Part shown: positions 50,205 through 63,219 of the stretch, piece by piece | How positions within the stretch are numbered: the stretch's first letter is position 1 | How the letters are laid out: every line of letters starts with the position of its first letter | Assembly: GCA_030704615.1 (NCBI GenBank) | Contig: CM060733.1 | Location: 75,020,001 to 75,084,000 of the forward strand | Reading direction: 5' to 3' | Length of the DNA stretch: 64,000 bases | From: Takakia lepidozioides | Lineage: Eukaryota; Plantae; Bryophyta | Translations under genes and position numbers: made by a program | Notes under the pieces: generated by a model | Database searches by the model: none | Told to the model about the DNA's origin: nothing | The model's input: the letters and a program-made list of their open reading frames with translations, nothing else

Positions 50205-50831
50205 GCAACTCTCTAGGCCAACTCACTGCCGCTGTGAATGCTGCTAGTGTCGGCATCTTGCCTCGCTGGGCAACCGCAACTCCTCCTATGAACGTCACAG
50301 GGAGCTGCACACGCCGGCCCTCCCCTGACTGCCATGCAGGCCTATAGGAAGCTGACTCCTCCCAAAAATCCAGGGTGAAGCCCATGGGGTACAACACTGC
50401 CCCACCAACCAGGACATCGTATGAGACTGCGTCTGTCACAGGCCCTTGGCTCGCATCACTGAGCCATCTGTAGGGTGATCCGGCCGTAGTCTGATAGCCA
50501 ACTCATGCCGTGTCATGCCCCGAGCCTGCTCCGATCCTCCCAGAGACGTCTGTATCTGGAAAGGACAAGGCTCATATCCGCCTCCGTGAGGCCCAAGCCT
50601 GCAATAGCAGCTCTGCCCAGCATCAATGGCTGAGCTCCCGAGTCCAACAAGACTCCAGTGGCCGTACCTCTTGCCTGCCGGTCCACTCAAACAGAAAATG
50701 CCATCCTGGTTGTCTAACATGACAACTCCAGGTGTCACCATGGCGCGCTCAATGGCTGGCCTAGCTGGCAGCTCCATCAACCTGGCAGCTGCAGCTTGCC
50801 ATGGCGCCGCCGTGGCAGTCTTGACCCTCAA
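50068..50831 (-). pseudogene. Aspartic protease, frameshifted
   Basis: An alternate frame near 50620-50655 reads VLLDSGAQPLMLG; YDVLVGG follows downstream. Confidence 0.8.
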
Positions 50832-52846
50832 TCCGAGGATCCCTCCGGCACTACACCTCCCACTATCTCCGCAGAAGATGAAGTAACCTCCCCACTCTCA
50901 CAGAGTGTAGCTGCCAGCCTGAACACCTCAGCTGGTCTTACCCCCGGCGTCGCAATCATGGTAGCCGAGAACAATGGAGCCTGGCACACAGATGTGGCCG
51001 CTCCTAGCAGCACACTAGCTGCCGTAGCCTTGGCAACACTAGGTAGTGGTGCTACCCGTGTAGCTCTCCCCAATGGCATAGTAACCTCCGCCTCGGTAAC
51101 AGTCGGGCGAGAACTAGGTGCCATGGATGGCGTCGACACTGTCTCCGCCAATGTGAATGACTGAGGAAGCCTAGCCTGACGGCTTGCCTCCCCACGCTGT
51201 GGATCCAACTCCACCTCTGCACCTCGTGGCTCAGGAACTCGTGCTGCTCCTCGAGTCACGGCTGCAGCAGACTCCACCTGCACTAGTGGTAGTGCTGCTC
51301 CACACATGAATCCCATGCCTCCCATATCTCCTCCCTCAGGAGCAGGAGGTGGACCATCCGGCCTTAGAGCCGGTACCACCTGAGCTGTAGCCATGGCAGC
51401 GAGCCTCTGCTCTAGCTGCTGAAGCCGGTTGGCCATGCCTTGGTCAACACCCTGACCTCCGCGTCCTTGGCCACGTTGAGCTTGCCCTTGGCCTGCACCT
51501 CGTGGCTGGCCACCTCGTCCTCTCTGGGCTGCTCCACCTCGCCCCCGGCCACCATTGTTCCCTTGGAACTGGCCTGGGCGCAACTCAGGATGCAAACCAT
51601 AACACTGGCCTCTCCATGCCCGTGCTTGCCACAATGCCCCACACTGCAACTGTGCAGGCTGTGCATGTGCCGGCCCTTTGCCTCCCTCTGGGCAATCCTT
51701 CTTGACATGGGGTCCTCCACATGTCCAGCACACCACATCCGCCCGTTGTTGGCCAGCAAATGAAGGGAGAGACCCCTGCATCTGAGGTCCTCTCTGCCCT
51801 TCCCTGAGCTTCACCTGAGCCCCCTTGTTGCCTTGAGCACGTTGAGGTAGTGGTTGGCTAGGAGCACCACTACCCCCCGTGGTGTCTCCTTAGCAAATCC
51901 CACCATGACCACTCGTTCCTCCACCATGTTGAGCTCTATCCGCTCTGCCAGCAAAAACATTTGCTAAGGTGGGTTGGGCCGCTTGTAGGAGAGTTGCATC
52001 CCGCACCCTTCTCCTCAGCTCCTTGTCCAATATCCCATACCAGAATTGGACTGCCTGAGCTTCCGTAACCCCTTGGGTTACATTTATCAAGCGCCTCATG
52101 CGAGTGAAGCCTCCCTCAAGCTCTCGGTCGGCTTCCGTTGGAACTCTTGCAAGCTCCGCAACTTCTCTGTCCTCACCCCTTGGTAGTTCCCTCTCACTCT
52201 TCGAAGAACTCCACAACAGGGTTGAAGGCAGGCACGGGTGCTAGTGCTGGTGCGGTAGTGGCTTGGGTGGACGTCGTAGCTTACTGTACCACCAGTCCCA
52301 CTGCTGCTTGCTGAAGCTGCCGGTGCAGCGGCAGGTGTAGCCACTGCCCTCGTGGCTCTAGTGCCCCTAGTGATGGAGACATAGTCGGGTGACCAGTACA
52401 TCCTCCACTCCTCGATCTCAACCTCATGCCCCCGCCTGAACTCATGGTAATCATCCATAGGCGGCCCCTCAAGGTGCTGAAACAGCCCTTTCCATGCCAT
52501 GAACGGCGTAAATAGTTGTGGATTGCGCATTTGCTGCAAATCACACCAAACTATCAAACTCTTGGATAAAATCATCCAACTCAATGTGCCCACCGCCCCA
52601 GAGTACCTTCGTGGCCCCTTGGTAGCTCCATACATCTCCTCCATTGTGTCCCACAACAATGGCAAAGAACAACTTGCAAACCGCCGGTATGAGCCCTCCT
52701 GATTCACAATCCGAATCAGAACTTCCTGGAAGACACAGGAGGTGAAGGTGGCCTAAACCGCACACCTCGTCTCGTGTACCCATAGTATCGCTAGTGCTCG
52801 AACCGGCACTGTCCCCAGCAACTAGTGGCACCTCCGTGTTTGACAC
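50828..52846 (-). pseudogene. gag: Gag, frameshifted
   Basis: Capsid-like AVQFWYGILDKELRRRV; knuckles CWTCGGPHVKKDC and CGHCGKHGHGEA; Gly/Arg-rich nucleocapsid region. Confidence 0.75.
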
Positions 52847-53129
52847 TCAACCGTCATGAACATGTCCCTAACCCCCTCTCCACAAGGTAACCGTGTAAGA
52901 ACCTGTTGCGGCTTATGGTTTTGGAATACTAAGTTCCTAACATAGCCTACACCTGTGAACTTGCATGACCATGGGAATATCATGAAGATACTCCTCAAAC
53001 CGCCTCCACGAGCTTCAAAATTGGCCTTCCAGACCACATGCCAGTCCTTAGTCCACCAGTGCCTCCACGAGTCAGCACAGGCCATCCACAGGTCAACACG
53101 GGCCACCACAGACCAGCACAGGCCCACAC

Positions 53130-54120
53130 AGCTCACTGGTCACAGCCGTCACAGTCCCACAGGCCACTGGGCACAGCCTGTCATCACAGCCTGTCACAGC
53201 CTCATCAGTGTCACAGCCCCTCACAACAGCCTCACACAGCCGCCTCACAGTCACAACAGCCTCACAGCCTCACAATCACAGCCCCTTCACAGGGCCTCAC
53301 AACAACAGCCCCTCACACAGCCCCTCACAGCCCGTCACAGCCCATCATTCACAAACAGCCTCAAGCAATCACAGCCTCACAATCACAGCCTTCACAGCCT
53401 GTCACAGCCCCAAGGGGCAACAGCCCCTCACAGCCCCACAGCCCCAAAGGCCCACAGCCTGTCACAGCCCCTTCACAGCCTTCACAACACAGCCCGTCAC
53501 AGCCTCACAGCCCATCACAGCCCATCACAGCCTGTCACAGCCCACAGCCCATCACAGCCCGTCACAGCCTTCACAGCCTCATCACAGCCCCTCACAGCCT
53601 CACAGCCCCAAAGGCCATTGTCACAGCCTTCACAGTCACAGTCACAGCCCGTCATGTCACAGCCCCACAACTTGTCACAGCCCACAGCCCGTCACAGCCC
53701 TCACAGCAGCCCGTCACAGCCCCAAAGGCCATGGGCACGGCCTGTCACAGTCTCACAGCCTCACACAGCCCCTCACAGCCCGTCACAGGGCCTCAGGCAC
53801 GGCCTGTCACAGCCCCTCACAGCCCGGCCACAGCCTGTCACACAGCCCACAGCCCACAGCCCGTCACAGCCCCAAGACACAGCCTCACAGCCCTCACAGC
53901 CCCACAGCCTCACGGCCTGTCACAGCCCCTCACAGCCTCACAGCCTTTGTCACAGCCCGTCACAGCCCTTCAACAGCCTGTCACAGCCCACAGCCTCAGG
54001 GCACAGCCACAGCCTCACAGTGGGCACAGCCTGTCACAGCCTTCACAGGGCACAGGGCACAGCCTGTCACAGCCGCCCACAGCCACAGCCTCACAGCTCA
54101 CAACAGCCCCACAGCCCCTC
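53130..54120. repeat. Low-complexity (TCACAGCC)-like minisatellite in the element's 5' leader
   Basis: About 1 kb of degenerate CACAGCC units. Confidence 0.95.
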
Positions 54121-55623
54121 TGGCAGTTTAGCCATTTCTCCAAGGGGTTTAGCCACGCCAAGCTAGGGTTTGTGTCTCTTGGACTCTAGGCTTCTTTCCA
54201 CCGAGCTATGGTGGCTGTGAGGAAATCAGCAAGGTATCCTTGCTCTTTCGGCTCCCACACACCACCATAGTAGCCCTAAGCCATGAGGTGGTTGCCACAA
54301 ACCAAGCCTTCTTTCTCACTTAGCCTCCCCAAACACGCCACTAAACTCAATGGCAAACAACCAAGCCCTGCTGGTTCCCAGCCCTTGTGAGCACTCATTC
54401 AAGCACTCTCATTGGCCATAGCATCTGTCTTAGAGCCTATTCCAGCCCTCTACACCTGTTGCTTCAAGAGTTGCGCTCCCTTCAAGCTTGAAGTTGAAAC
54501 CCCAACTCACATAGGCCCTACAAGTGCTTTTCTTTCACTCCAAGTGGAAACCAGCCCTAGACCTTCCGTTCTAGCTCTCTAAGGCTTGAAAACAAGAGCC
54601 TCAATGGGCTGAAGGCATGCTCCACACATGCCCCACTCTCACCATAAGAGAATCAGCTCCTTTGCTTCATTTCTTGCACCCACAAACCTGAAAATACAAG
54701 CTTCAGCAGGCTGAAAGCATGCTCTACATGCCCTACAGGGAAACCAGCCCCTTCCTTCCTTTCTTGCACTCCCACACCTAAAGTGCAAGCCTTCACCAGG
54801 CTGATAGCATGCTCCACACATGCATTGCCCTCACATAAGGGAAGTCAGCCCTTCCCTCTTCCTTGCTTGCCCTCCAAGCTTGAAGATGGAAGCTTCAATG
54901 AGCTGAATACATGCTCCACACATGCAACCTCTTCACACAAGAGATATCAGCCCCCTATCTTGGCTCCTTGGCTCCTTGATGCTCTCTAAGACAAGACTAA
55001 GCACTCCATAGCCTTTGCCAAGCTCCTGAAACCCTAAGGCTTACATTTCCAGCCACAAGACACTTCTCTTGTGGTGCAAGAGCTCTTCTTCCAAGCTCTG
55101 AAACCCTAGGTGCACATTCCATGGCCTTGCCGCACCTCTTAGCTCCTGTTCCAGCCCTGCTCTTGCCATGACAAGAGCCCTCTCAATGCTGAAGCTCGAG
55201 ATTGAAACCCAATCTCACCATACTCCACAAAGTGCACTGATTTGCCCCAAGCCAAATCAGCCCTTTCGCTTGGTCTTGCAATCCTTCACACAATGAAGCT
55301 CGCATTCCCAAGTCCAGTTCTCAGCTTTGCCACCAAAGCCACTATAACCTGCTCTTGACTGGTCCTCTTCCCAATCGTGCTTGCTCATGCATGTACACAA
55401 TCTGAAACCATCAAGGTGCTCTGGAATTACCTACAGTATGGTGCTTTCATCTCTGAAGCTGAAGATCGAATGCCAAGGTTTACCACCTCGTAACCCACAT
55501 CGCCTCCGCTTCTAACAACCAAGAGCTCCACGGTGCTCCTTGCATAACAACTTGGTTTCTCTCATTCTCAAGCAAAAACCACAAGTGCTACAACTAACTC
55601 GTATCTAGCACTCATAGATACGA

Positions 55624-55639
55624 GCTCATCTTTCTCGAG
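55624..55639 (-). promoter_or_regulatory. Non-tRNA primer binding site complementary to the LTR itself
   Basis: Minus-strand CTCGAGAAAGATGAGC directly follows the LTR and is the exact reverse complement of LTR sequence at 55805-55820. No TGG start. Confidence 0.7.
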
Positions 55640-55966
55640 TGATAAAGAAGAAGAATACAAGCACAAGCTCATGCGAGCTCACAAAGCTGAAGCATAAACT
55701 CATGCATATATAACCTCATCACTCAAATACAAGTCAAGCCAAGTGCACCCCACGCCATGGGGAATCCACACTACGGCGCCATAGCTAGGCGCGGTGAGGC
55801 TCAACTCGAGAAAGATGAGCCTCCCGCGCTTGCCGTGAAGATAACCACTCCAGGGCCTAAATCTGCCTTGACCCCTGGATTGACACTTGGGCCAATCCCA
55901 AATGTCAATATGTAAAAGCTAGCTATTTCCTAGCTAGTTTCACACTAGTGGTAAAATAACTTGACA
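55640..55966 (-). repeat. 5' LTR, 3' portion only (327 bp)
   Basis: Apparently identical to 44779-45105. Confidence 0.95.
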
Positions 55967-56126
55967 CAGTGTATGGGGACATTCGTATTGGGATAGAGGA
56001 CGAAACGCACGGAGACGGCGGGCCCACAGTGAAGCTTTCCATATTCCATGGTGGTTTGATTGAAGGGCACGACATTGTGGTCAACTTGAACACGGGCGCG
56101 ACATCAGCTGCAATCCACTTTTCCTG
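55967..56126 (+). repeat. 160-bp flanking direct repeat, right copy
   Basis: Matches 44437-44596. Confidence 0.95.
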
Positions 56127-56379
56127 GAGGAGCCCCATGACTCATGAGCTCGTCTTCAGACCAGTCGAAGTCCCGTTCACTTAGTGGCTTTCATTCAGAA
56201 TGCTTTAGATTTGCATGAACCATCAATGCAGTTATCGTGCTTCATATGCAACTCATGTGGATCAATAAAATCAATAAAATAAAATTATGTGGAATGTGCA
56301 TCCTTCGTTCTCAAAATGGACAACTCGTCATATCGACCAATTTCCAGCCACAGCGTTCCATTTCCTTCCTCGGACCTGC

Positions 56380-56700
56380 CTATTGCGGCGCCGAAATAGC
56401 ACATGAGGATGAAAACTGCATGGTCCCACCGGATTGCGTTCCGATGGGATAGCAAACTTCCAGTTCGCGATTTTGGGGTCAAAATAGCAAACTTGGACTG
56501 TGCTATTTCGGCACCGAAATTCCCAAGTGAAATGTGCCAAAGGGTCGTGTTTTGAAGGCTTGGACCGTGCTATTTCGGCGCCAAAATTCCCGAGTGGAAT
56601 GTGATAAATGGCCGTATTTTGAAGGAGCAGATCGGGCTATTTCGGCGCCGAAATTCCCAAGTGGAATGTGATAAAGGGCCGTGTTTTGAAGGCTTCAAGT
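56380..56700. repeat. Short tandem array with an ATTTCGGCGCCGAAAT palindrome
   Basis: About three ~67-bp units CTATTTCGGCGCCGAAATTCCCAAGTGGAATGTG...TTTTGAAGG, plus degenerate upstream copies. Confidence 0.8.
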
Positions 56701-56812
56701 GCACCCTTCTCTGCTGTGTATATATTACTTGTAGGGTACTTTACTTTATTTTACGTTTCTTTTGCTTTTAGTATTGCATTGTAGTTTGCGGAAGATATGT
56801 TGGGAATCTGAC

Positions 56813-58111
56813 ATGCAAAGTCTGAACACAATGATTTCCAAAATAGTGGCCACTAGCATCCAAAGTTTAATACATCTTCTCACAGACTCTACGCCTCCAC
56901 ATATTATCCTTTTACAGGAAACCAAGCTCAATACAAATAACCCCAATAGCTCCTATATCAACAAACTCTTCCTAGCTTACTATTTACTATACGGAAACCC
57001 TCTCTCCGCTATGCAATGCCTCACACGGCGCTCCGCTCCGTACCGCCCTACCCGTGGTGGAGTCGCGCTAGGCATCCTACGTACCCACCACTCCCCCAGT
57101 ACCACCAGTAAGATCCCTATCCCTATCCCTCTTCGCTCTCACCTTCAAATCATCCAACTGCATCTGCCAACACTTCACCCCATTACCCTTATACACTTAT
57201 ACATGCCCTCCCACGTGGATGACCTCACACTAATCCCCGACATCCTGCACACAATTTCAGACACCATCACCCAGCCTACAAACCAACAACATCACTTCAT
57301 ATTAGCAGGTGACTTTAACCTCTATATTGCTCTACATACATACAACGGCATATACAAACCCCCATCCCTACTCGACCATGAATGGGCAAAATTTACTCAG
57401 CTACATAAATTCCGATATATACCTGCTGACCACCATTACTCAAGACAAGGTGGACTTAACTAAGTCTTTTTGATGGTTTCTACCTCAAAATACAAAGTGA
57501 GATCCCCGCTTACCTCCAGAGCCACATACACATTGACAGCTTATGCAATTCTGATCACTATCCTGTCTCAATATCTCTCCCCCCATCTCTGATCCCTCCG
57601 ACCCATACCGGCAATATATACCCCGCCACCAAAATCTATGATTCTTTCTCCACTACCTCAACGTAACATCGTCGCCTTCCAAAACCACTTTCACTCGGCA
57701 GCCCCACTCCTTATATTAAAACTCTTATGCATCCTCTCTGATACAAACTTAACGCAGTTCCCCGACAGAACTTGGCTTGAGGCTGAGGAAGTGCTCACAT
57801 CCATAATGCAAGAAATGACCCAAAGTGTCCTCGCCACATGCTCCACCCCCCCTGAGATCCTGCAAACCACACGCTCAAAACAAAACGGAGGATACCTTAC
57901 CCGAACACAGAAACGTGCATGGACCTCCCACCTCAACATCTATCTCACGATCAGACGCGCCCTTACTATCATACCTCCTTCACCCACACCCCACCTATGC
58001 AATAACTGGAAGTTCGACTCCTGGGACATTACCTATCTAAGTACACTGACAAACTGTCAAGCACTTATACCTCCTCCTGATGATCCATCCGCTATTACCC
58101 AACTAGGGTAA
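56813..58111 (+). pseudogene. Non-LTR retrotransposon APE endonuclease fragment
   Basis: IILLQETKL, RGGVA, HLYMPS, ILAGDFN and SDHYPV motifs. Confidence 0.85.
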
Positions 58112-61100
58112 CTTTGTGTCAAGCGCATATTGTTGGAGCACCTGGTAGCCCATCCATAACAACAGCGAGGATTGAGAATTGGTGATTTCAAGAATTGGCT
58201 GCGGGTCTCTTGGGGGGGGGGGCGGGCGCTAGACTTCTTTGGATCGGAATGTGAGCTACATTCGTCACTGTTGATGGCGCTGGAGAGCCGTTTGAGACCG
58301 TGGCTGGTGTGCAAAGCTCCACTTGTCATGTTGGTTGCAGTTGGCGGAGGGCCCCTCGCTGGGTAGAAGGGCTGATTTTGTATGACCTCATTTCCTGGGG
58401 TGAACTGGCTCCATCGTTGGTGGTCTCTGCCAGGTCTTGTGAAGACTTGGTTTGGAATACCTGATCGTCGGTGAAGAATTGTTCGTCTGAGACGTGCATA
58501 TCGCTGACATCCGCATCCTCCTCGACTTGGTTCACATTAGCCAAGCCTTCCTCGTGGTGGCTCATTTTGGTCGCAATCTGTTGTGCTAGGGGATAGAGAG
58601 TATTTGAGCAAGGGTGCTTGAGAGCCCTGCCTCCTCGTTCCTGGCTGCTACCTGATTTAGTACTAGAAGTGCCTGGTGGTACGTTGAAAGGGCGAAGTAA
58701 AGCAGGGGAGACAGTAGTGTGAAAGTTGGTGTGGAGAGGAAGTGGGAGTACGAAGAAAAGATGAGTGAGTGGGGGTGTGTTACTAAGACATATATCACGG
58801 ATCGGGTGGGTGGCAACACACAGTGGGATGTCGCCTTGAGGCAGCAGGGCTTTTGTAGCTACTGTGAAAGCAGAGCCTTTACTGTATTGCCAACATGGGC
58901 AGTTTTGCATGTTAAGTAAGGTAGTTATTTGGTAGGGCAGAGGCGGCCGCTGCACTAATCTTGCATATGATAGGGTCTGATGTGAGTTAATCTGGTGGCA
59001 AGGTGGTGTGAGCACATTGGCAGGTGCGTTGAGTTGAGGAGACAACAATCGTGTGAGGGAGAGGAGTGGAGCTATTACTGACACAACAAGTGTATGGTGT
59101 GGGAGGGCATTATGACAGTTAAGGAGGGGACAAACTTTGTAAGTGTTGTTTATGGGGCTAAGTGCAATGTGGGATTGATCTGGATTAAGTATGGCTGCTG
59201 TAGAGTAATGGGGTGTGATGGAAGGTTTAAGGTGGTTTCATGATTTTGACTGCATGGTGGCTGGGAGGTTTGATTGTAGTATAAGACTGGTGTACATGGG
59301 GGGGCCAAAACATAATGTGTGGTATGAAGCGTGCCAGGGGTTAGTGTTAGTATGAGGTTTGGGCATTTTGACATTATGTGGGGTGTGGGGATGCCATCAA
59401 GTATTTTGGTATAGGGTGGTGTATAGTGTTGGCTAGGCTGCTAAGTAAGTGGACCTGTGGGTGTTGCAGGAATGACTGGGGCAGCCCGGGATTTGCTATT
59501 CTATCAGCTATCAGCCATCAGTCATCAACCATCAATGTGACGTGGATGCGGAAACGGCGGCCACGTGGCAATATAATATTTTTTCTCGGGCTGCCCGTAA
59601 TTGTATGCTTGGATTTGTGAGAAACAATAATGAAAAATGACACGGGATTGTACTGACACGCCACCTTTGGTTGCCGAAGGTGGAGGCTGAGCGGGAGAAC
59701 ATAAAGGTAAAAACGAAATAAATGGATGTCGAAAAAATAAAAAAATAAAAAAAACCAACATGAGATATGGATTTCTAACGTGGAAGAATTCTGCATGTTT
59801 TTGAGCCATTTTAATCTCTAGCTTGGATTATCGTATGCTACAGAAAATGTCCAAGGATACTGATGAAAAATATATATATTTGTTGGACCTAAGTTAAACG
59901 AAGGTGGCTCTTCTGTCCCAGTATAAGGTACTTTTTGCTTTTTGGAATGTGATCTTATATTCAATTTCAAACTCTAAAATTTACTTTTTTTCCGGGCAGG
60001 TTCATTGGGCAGATTGAAATGTTCTTGTTCACCTTCGTTGACCTTCGTCACTGATGGAATTGCGTTGATAACTGACAGAATAAGAGCTCTCGGGCAGCCC
60101 TATTGGGCTTGTCATGGACAGGGGGGAGATCCATGTTATGGTTTGTAAACTTTGTGACGCGCAATGAGGTGTGGGAGTACCTGTTATGCGTGTGTGTAGT
60201 GGGTCTACTGGGTGGGTGTATAAGTATATGACCGCGATACGTACGTGGGCGAACATGGTGTAGTGAACTGTTAGATGTTTGGTGCAGTGGGAGAGGTTGG
60301 CAAATACATGTTTGGGTGCCTCAATTTTGCGATTATCTTGATTGACACACCATGTGGTGTGGGAGGTTATAATTATAAGTGCAAGTGTGCCCAGTGAGAG
60401 TGTGCCCATTGGGCAGCAGCGTATAGAGTGAACAGAGTACCATGTTGGATCATAGTTTTGAATATTTTGTACATGTGAGGCCTAAAAAATGGTGGAGGCC
60501 AATCCTGGAATTGGTATATAGGGGGGACCCCATAGTGTGGACAAGAGTAATTGAAGGTGTGGTGCCAGCACAGAGGAGTGTGGCGTGAAGAATCATATTT
60601 ACAGAGTGGTAGGATGGTGTTGGTAATTGATATTTGAATTGAATATGATCCGATAATTTCTCATAGCTGGGGAATGAAGTTAGCTTTCCAAGAAGCTATT
60701 ACACACTCATACAACATGAATGCACAACATTCTACAAGCCCAAATGTGAGAGGAGGTCATATTTTGAAGGAAAATCAAAGTACATGAAGCTGGGCCTTGG
60801 TTTTCCAGCCATAGCTTCTTGTGGTCTTATTCAATTGAGGTGAAATAAATACTGTGAGAGCAGGTCACATTTTCAAGGGAAACAAACTACATCAAGCCCA
60901 AGCTAACATTTGTTTTAATATGATAAAGAACTTTTTCTTTTCATTTAAAAAGGTTTTTTTTCATCTACTTTTATCCGGCGGACCCGCTTGCAAGCCGAGC
61001 GATCGCACAGGGCTGATATCCCTATCAGCACGGTGAAATGGTGTGAGAGGCGAATCAGCCCCCTTTTCAAGCGGATCAGCCCCGTGCACAGTTTTTTAAT

Positions 61101-62322
61101 CTCGCAAAAAATCGCCAGATTTCGACCTGGAAAATGGGTCAGCTACTTTTACTAAGGAATTACGGGAGTAAAAATTAAAAAAATCGCCAGAAAGCGCCAA
61201 TGGTCAAAATATCTGGAGCTAGATTTGTCCTACGTGGACCTGTTAAAATATTACACCTGTAATATAGCCACTTTTCTAACTATGTCACCTCGTTATTCTC
61301 GCCATATGGGCACTGGGTAGAATATACATGTCGCCCTGCCTCCGATTTTGGAAAAGTGAAATAAAAAACACTGGCCCCGTTTCACACTCATGTGCGCAGG
61401 ACTTCTAGTCTCTATGCTCCTTCTAGTCTCTTTACGGTCGATCAGGACACGCATAGAACCGTGGACCATGCTTAGTACCGCTACGGTTTGGGACCGAAGG
61501 GTAAAATTGCTACATGTCAGAGAAAAAGTTAAACCGGTTCTTTCTTGAGATACTAGGTACGTTCAGACTGACGATTAAGTTGGGGGATTAAGGACCACCG
61601 GGTCTATCTCTGTTCACACATGTCCATGTCAGTAAGTTAACTGCTGACTGGATGTCGTCGTGGCAGGTGACATGGCAGAAAGTTATGCCACTGATATTGC
61701 TATTTATTTGCAAGATCAATCTTTGAATAATCGTAGATGTCTAGGTTTGATATTGGTTGTATCTTATTCATTCAAATTTCAACCGAATAAGTTATTTATT
61801 TCTTACTGCGATTCATGGAAGGATGATTTTCATCTAAGTGTGATTTTTCTCATCATCTTCTTGTCCCGCCATCGCGTGTCTATGCTACAACGGAAGTTGG
61901 AGCTTCTCTCATCGTGTGCTTCTTCCTTAATACCAGTCGTGTGTATTGCTTCATTCTCCGCTAGAGATTGCACCAGCAGGTACATTAACGACATTGAATG
62001 AATATGCTTTTCATGTTGAAAATTGGTTGAGTTGCTACTGTCGGATACTTCGTATGCTTTCGTACCAAGATTATACCATTAAAATGCATATAACACTATA
62101 ATACGTATGAAGTGTGCCTCCGGCTATCAACTCACTAACCTCTCTCATGCTTTTCTTTTTTTTAAATGTTTTTCCTGTTTGTTTTGTTTTTGGCTTTTCC
62201 AGGACTCCGAGTCAGCCCTTCTTTTTTTTCTTTTTTCTTTTTTTTCGCCAATCAATTACAGAAACAAATATATAAACAAAAAAACAAAATAGCTGCAAGT
62301 AATGCTAGCAAAAATAAATAAA

Positions 62323-62327
<5 letters not shown>

Positions 62328-62352
<25 letters not shown>
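62328..62352. repeat. (TA)n microsatellite
   Basis: Directly visible; a similar run lies at ~8012-8035. Confidence 0.9.
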
Positions 62353-62359
<7 letters not shown>

Positions 62360-62605
62360 GAACAGGGGGATTGTAGCCCTGGAAGTTTTATTGATGATAA
62401 GGAAAAAATAACCTTACAGGGAGCCATAAGGCAGATTATTGAGGTACCACTCCGAGCCTAGAGTCCAGAATACAAAGAGAAATGGAAGCAAGACAAAGGT
62501 AAGGAATTACTTAAAGTTCCTAACTAAGTCGAAGAGGGAGAAGCTAAGAGAAAGATGCACAGGTGAAAGTCCTGAAAAATCCGATGCAGGAAAGAATTAC
62601 CAACG

Positions 62606-62798
62606 GTCAGTAGCTCAGTGGGTTAGTGCACTAAGTGCCACCCAGATGATTCTGAGGTCAAATCCTACTACTTGATGGGTGTGGTATACTCTTCTCCCCC
62701 CCTTCCCTGGGCGGTGTCCCATTTCTCAACCTCCATGGCACGGTTACTGTGAAAGAGGTTATTTTCTCCTCTCACTATCAAGGGGCCTGATTTGTGAG
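62606..62798 (+). mobile_element. tRNA-derived SINE copy
   Basis: A box TAGCTCAGTGG and B-box-like GGTCAAATCC; body shared with the inverted copy at 63033-63219. Confidence 0.75.
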
Positions 62799-62984
62799 AG
62801 GAGAAAAATCAACGCCTCTCGCTACCTTCTATTCTTCTGGCTTAAGTAGTTTGCTCATCTTGGGCTAGCTTCTAGAGCCTTCCTTTCTCTTCTTCCCTGT
62901 ATCGAAGCTGTGTCTTCCTGCATCAGCCTCCATGGCAGTATTCATAGAGGTTATTTTTTCCGCTTTGTATCTCATGGACATTTA

Positions 62985-63219
62985 AATAAAATAAAATAAA
63001 ATAAAATAAAAAACAAACACCTGGGAGCGACAGCTCACAAATCAGGCCCCTTGATATAGAGAGGAGAAAAAACCTCTCAGTAACCTCGCCATAAGGCTTT
63101 CTGATGCGACACTGCGCAGGGAAGGGGGAGAAGAGCGTACCACACCCGTCAAGTAGCAAGATTTGACCCCAGGGTCATCCGGATGGCACTCAGCGCACTT
63201 TACCATCTGAGCTACTGAC
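62985..63219 (-). mobile_element. tRNA-derived SINE copy with (TTTTA)n tail
   Basis: Minus strand reads GTCAGTAGCTCAGATGG...GGTCAAATC...AGGGGCCTGATTTGTGAG then a simple-repeat tail. A third partial copy lies at ~63588-63635. Confidence 0.75.

Larger units (their letters stand above)
44595..55966 (-). mobile_element. Ty3/gypsy LTR retrotransposon encoding gag-PR-DNMT-RT-RH-IN-PHD, with permuted LTR arrangement
   Basis: Domain motifs are listed in the features below. LTR segments lie at 44595-44777, 44779-45293 and 55640-55966. Confidence 0.93.

Noticed and set aside
52955-54189. Three long overlapping plus-strand ORFs (His/Ser/Pro/Gln-rich)
   Set aside because: Stop-free by-product of the CACAGCC repeat, antisense to the element.
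58111-61600. Possible LINE ORF1 pieces and MITE-like segments
   Set aside because: Composition is suggestive, but I could not establish diagnostic motifs, termini or TSDs.
62606-62680. Functional tRNA gene
   Set aside because: The B box and stems are degenerate, and the homology extends into a shared non-tRNA body, consistent with a SINE.
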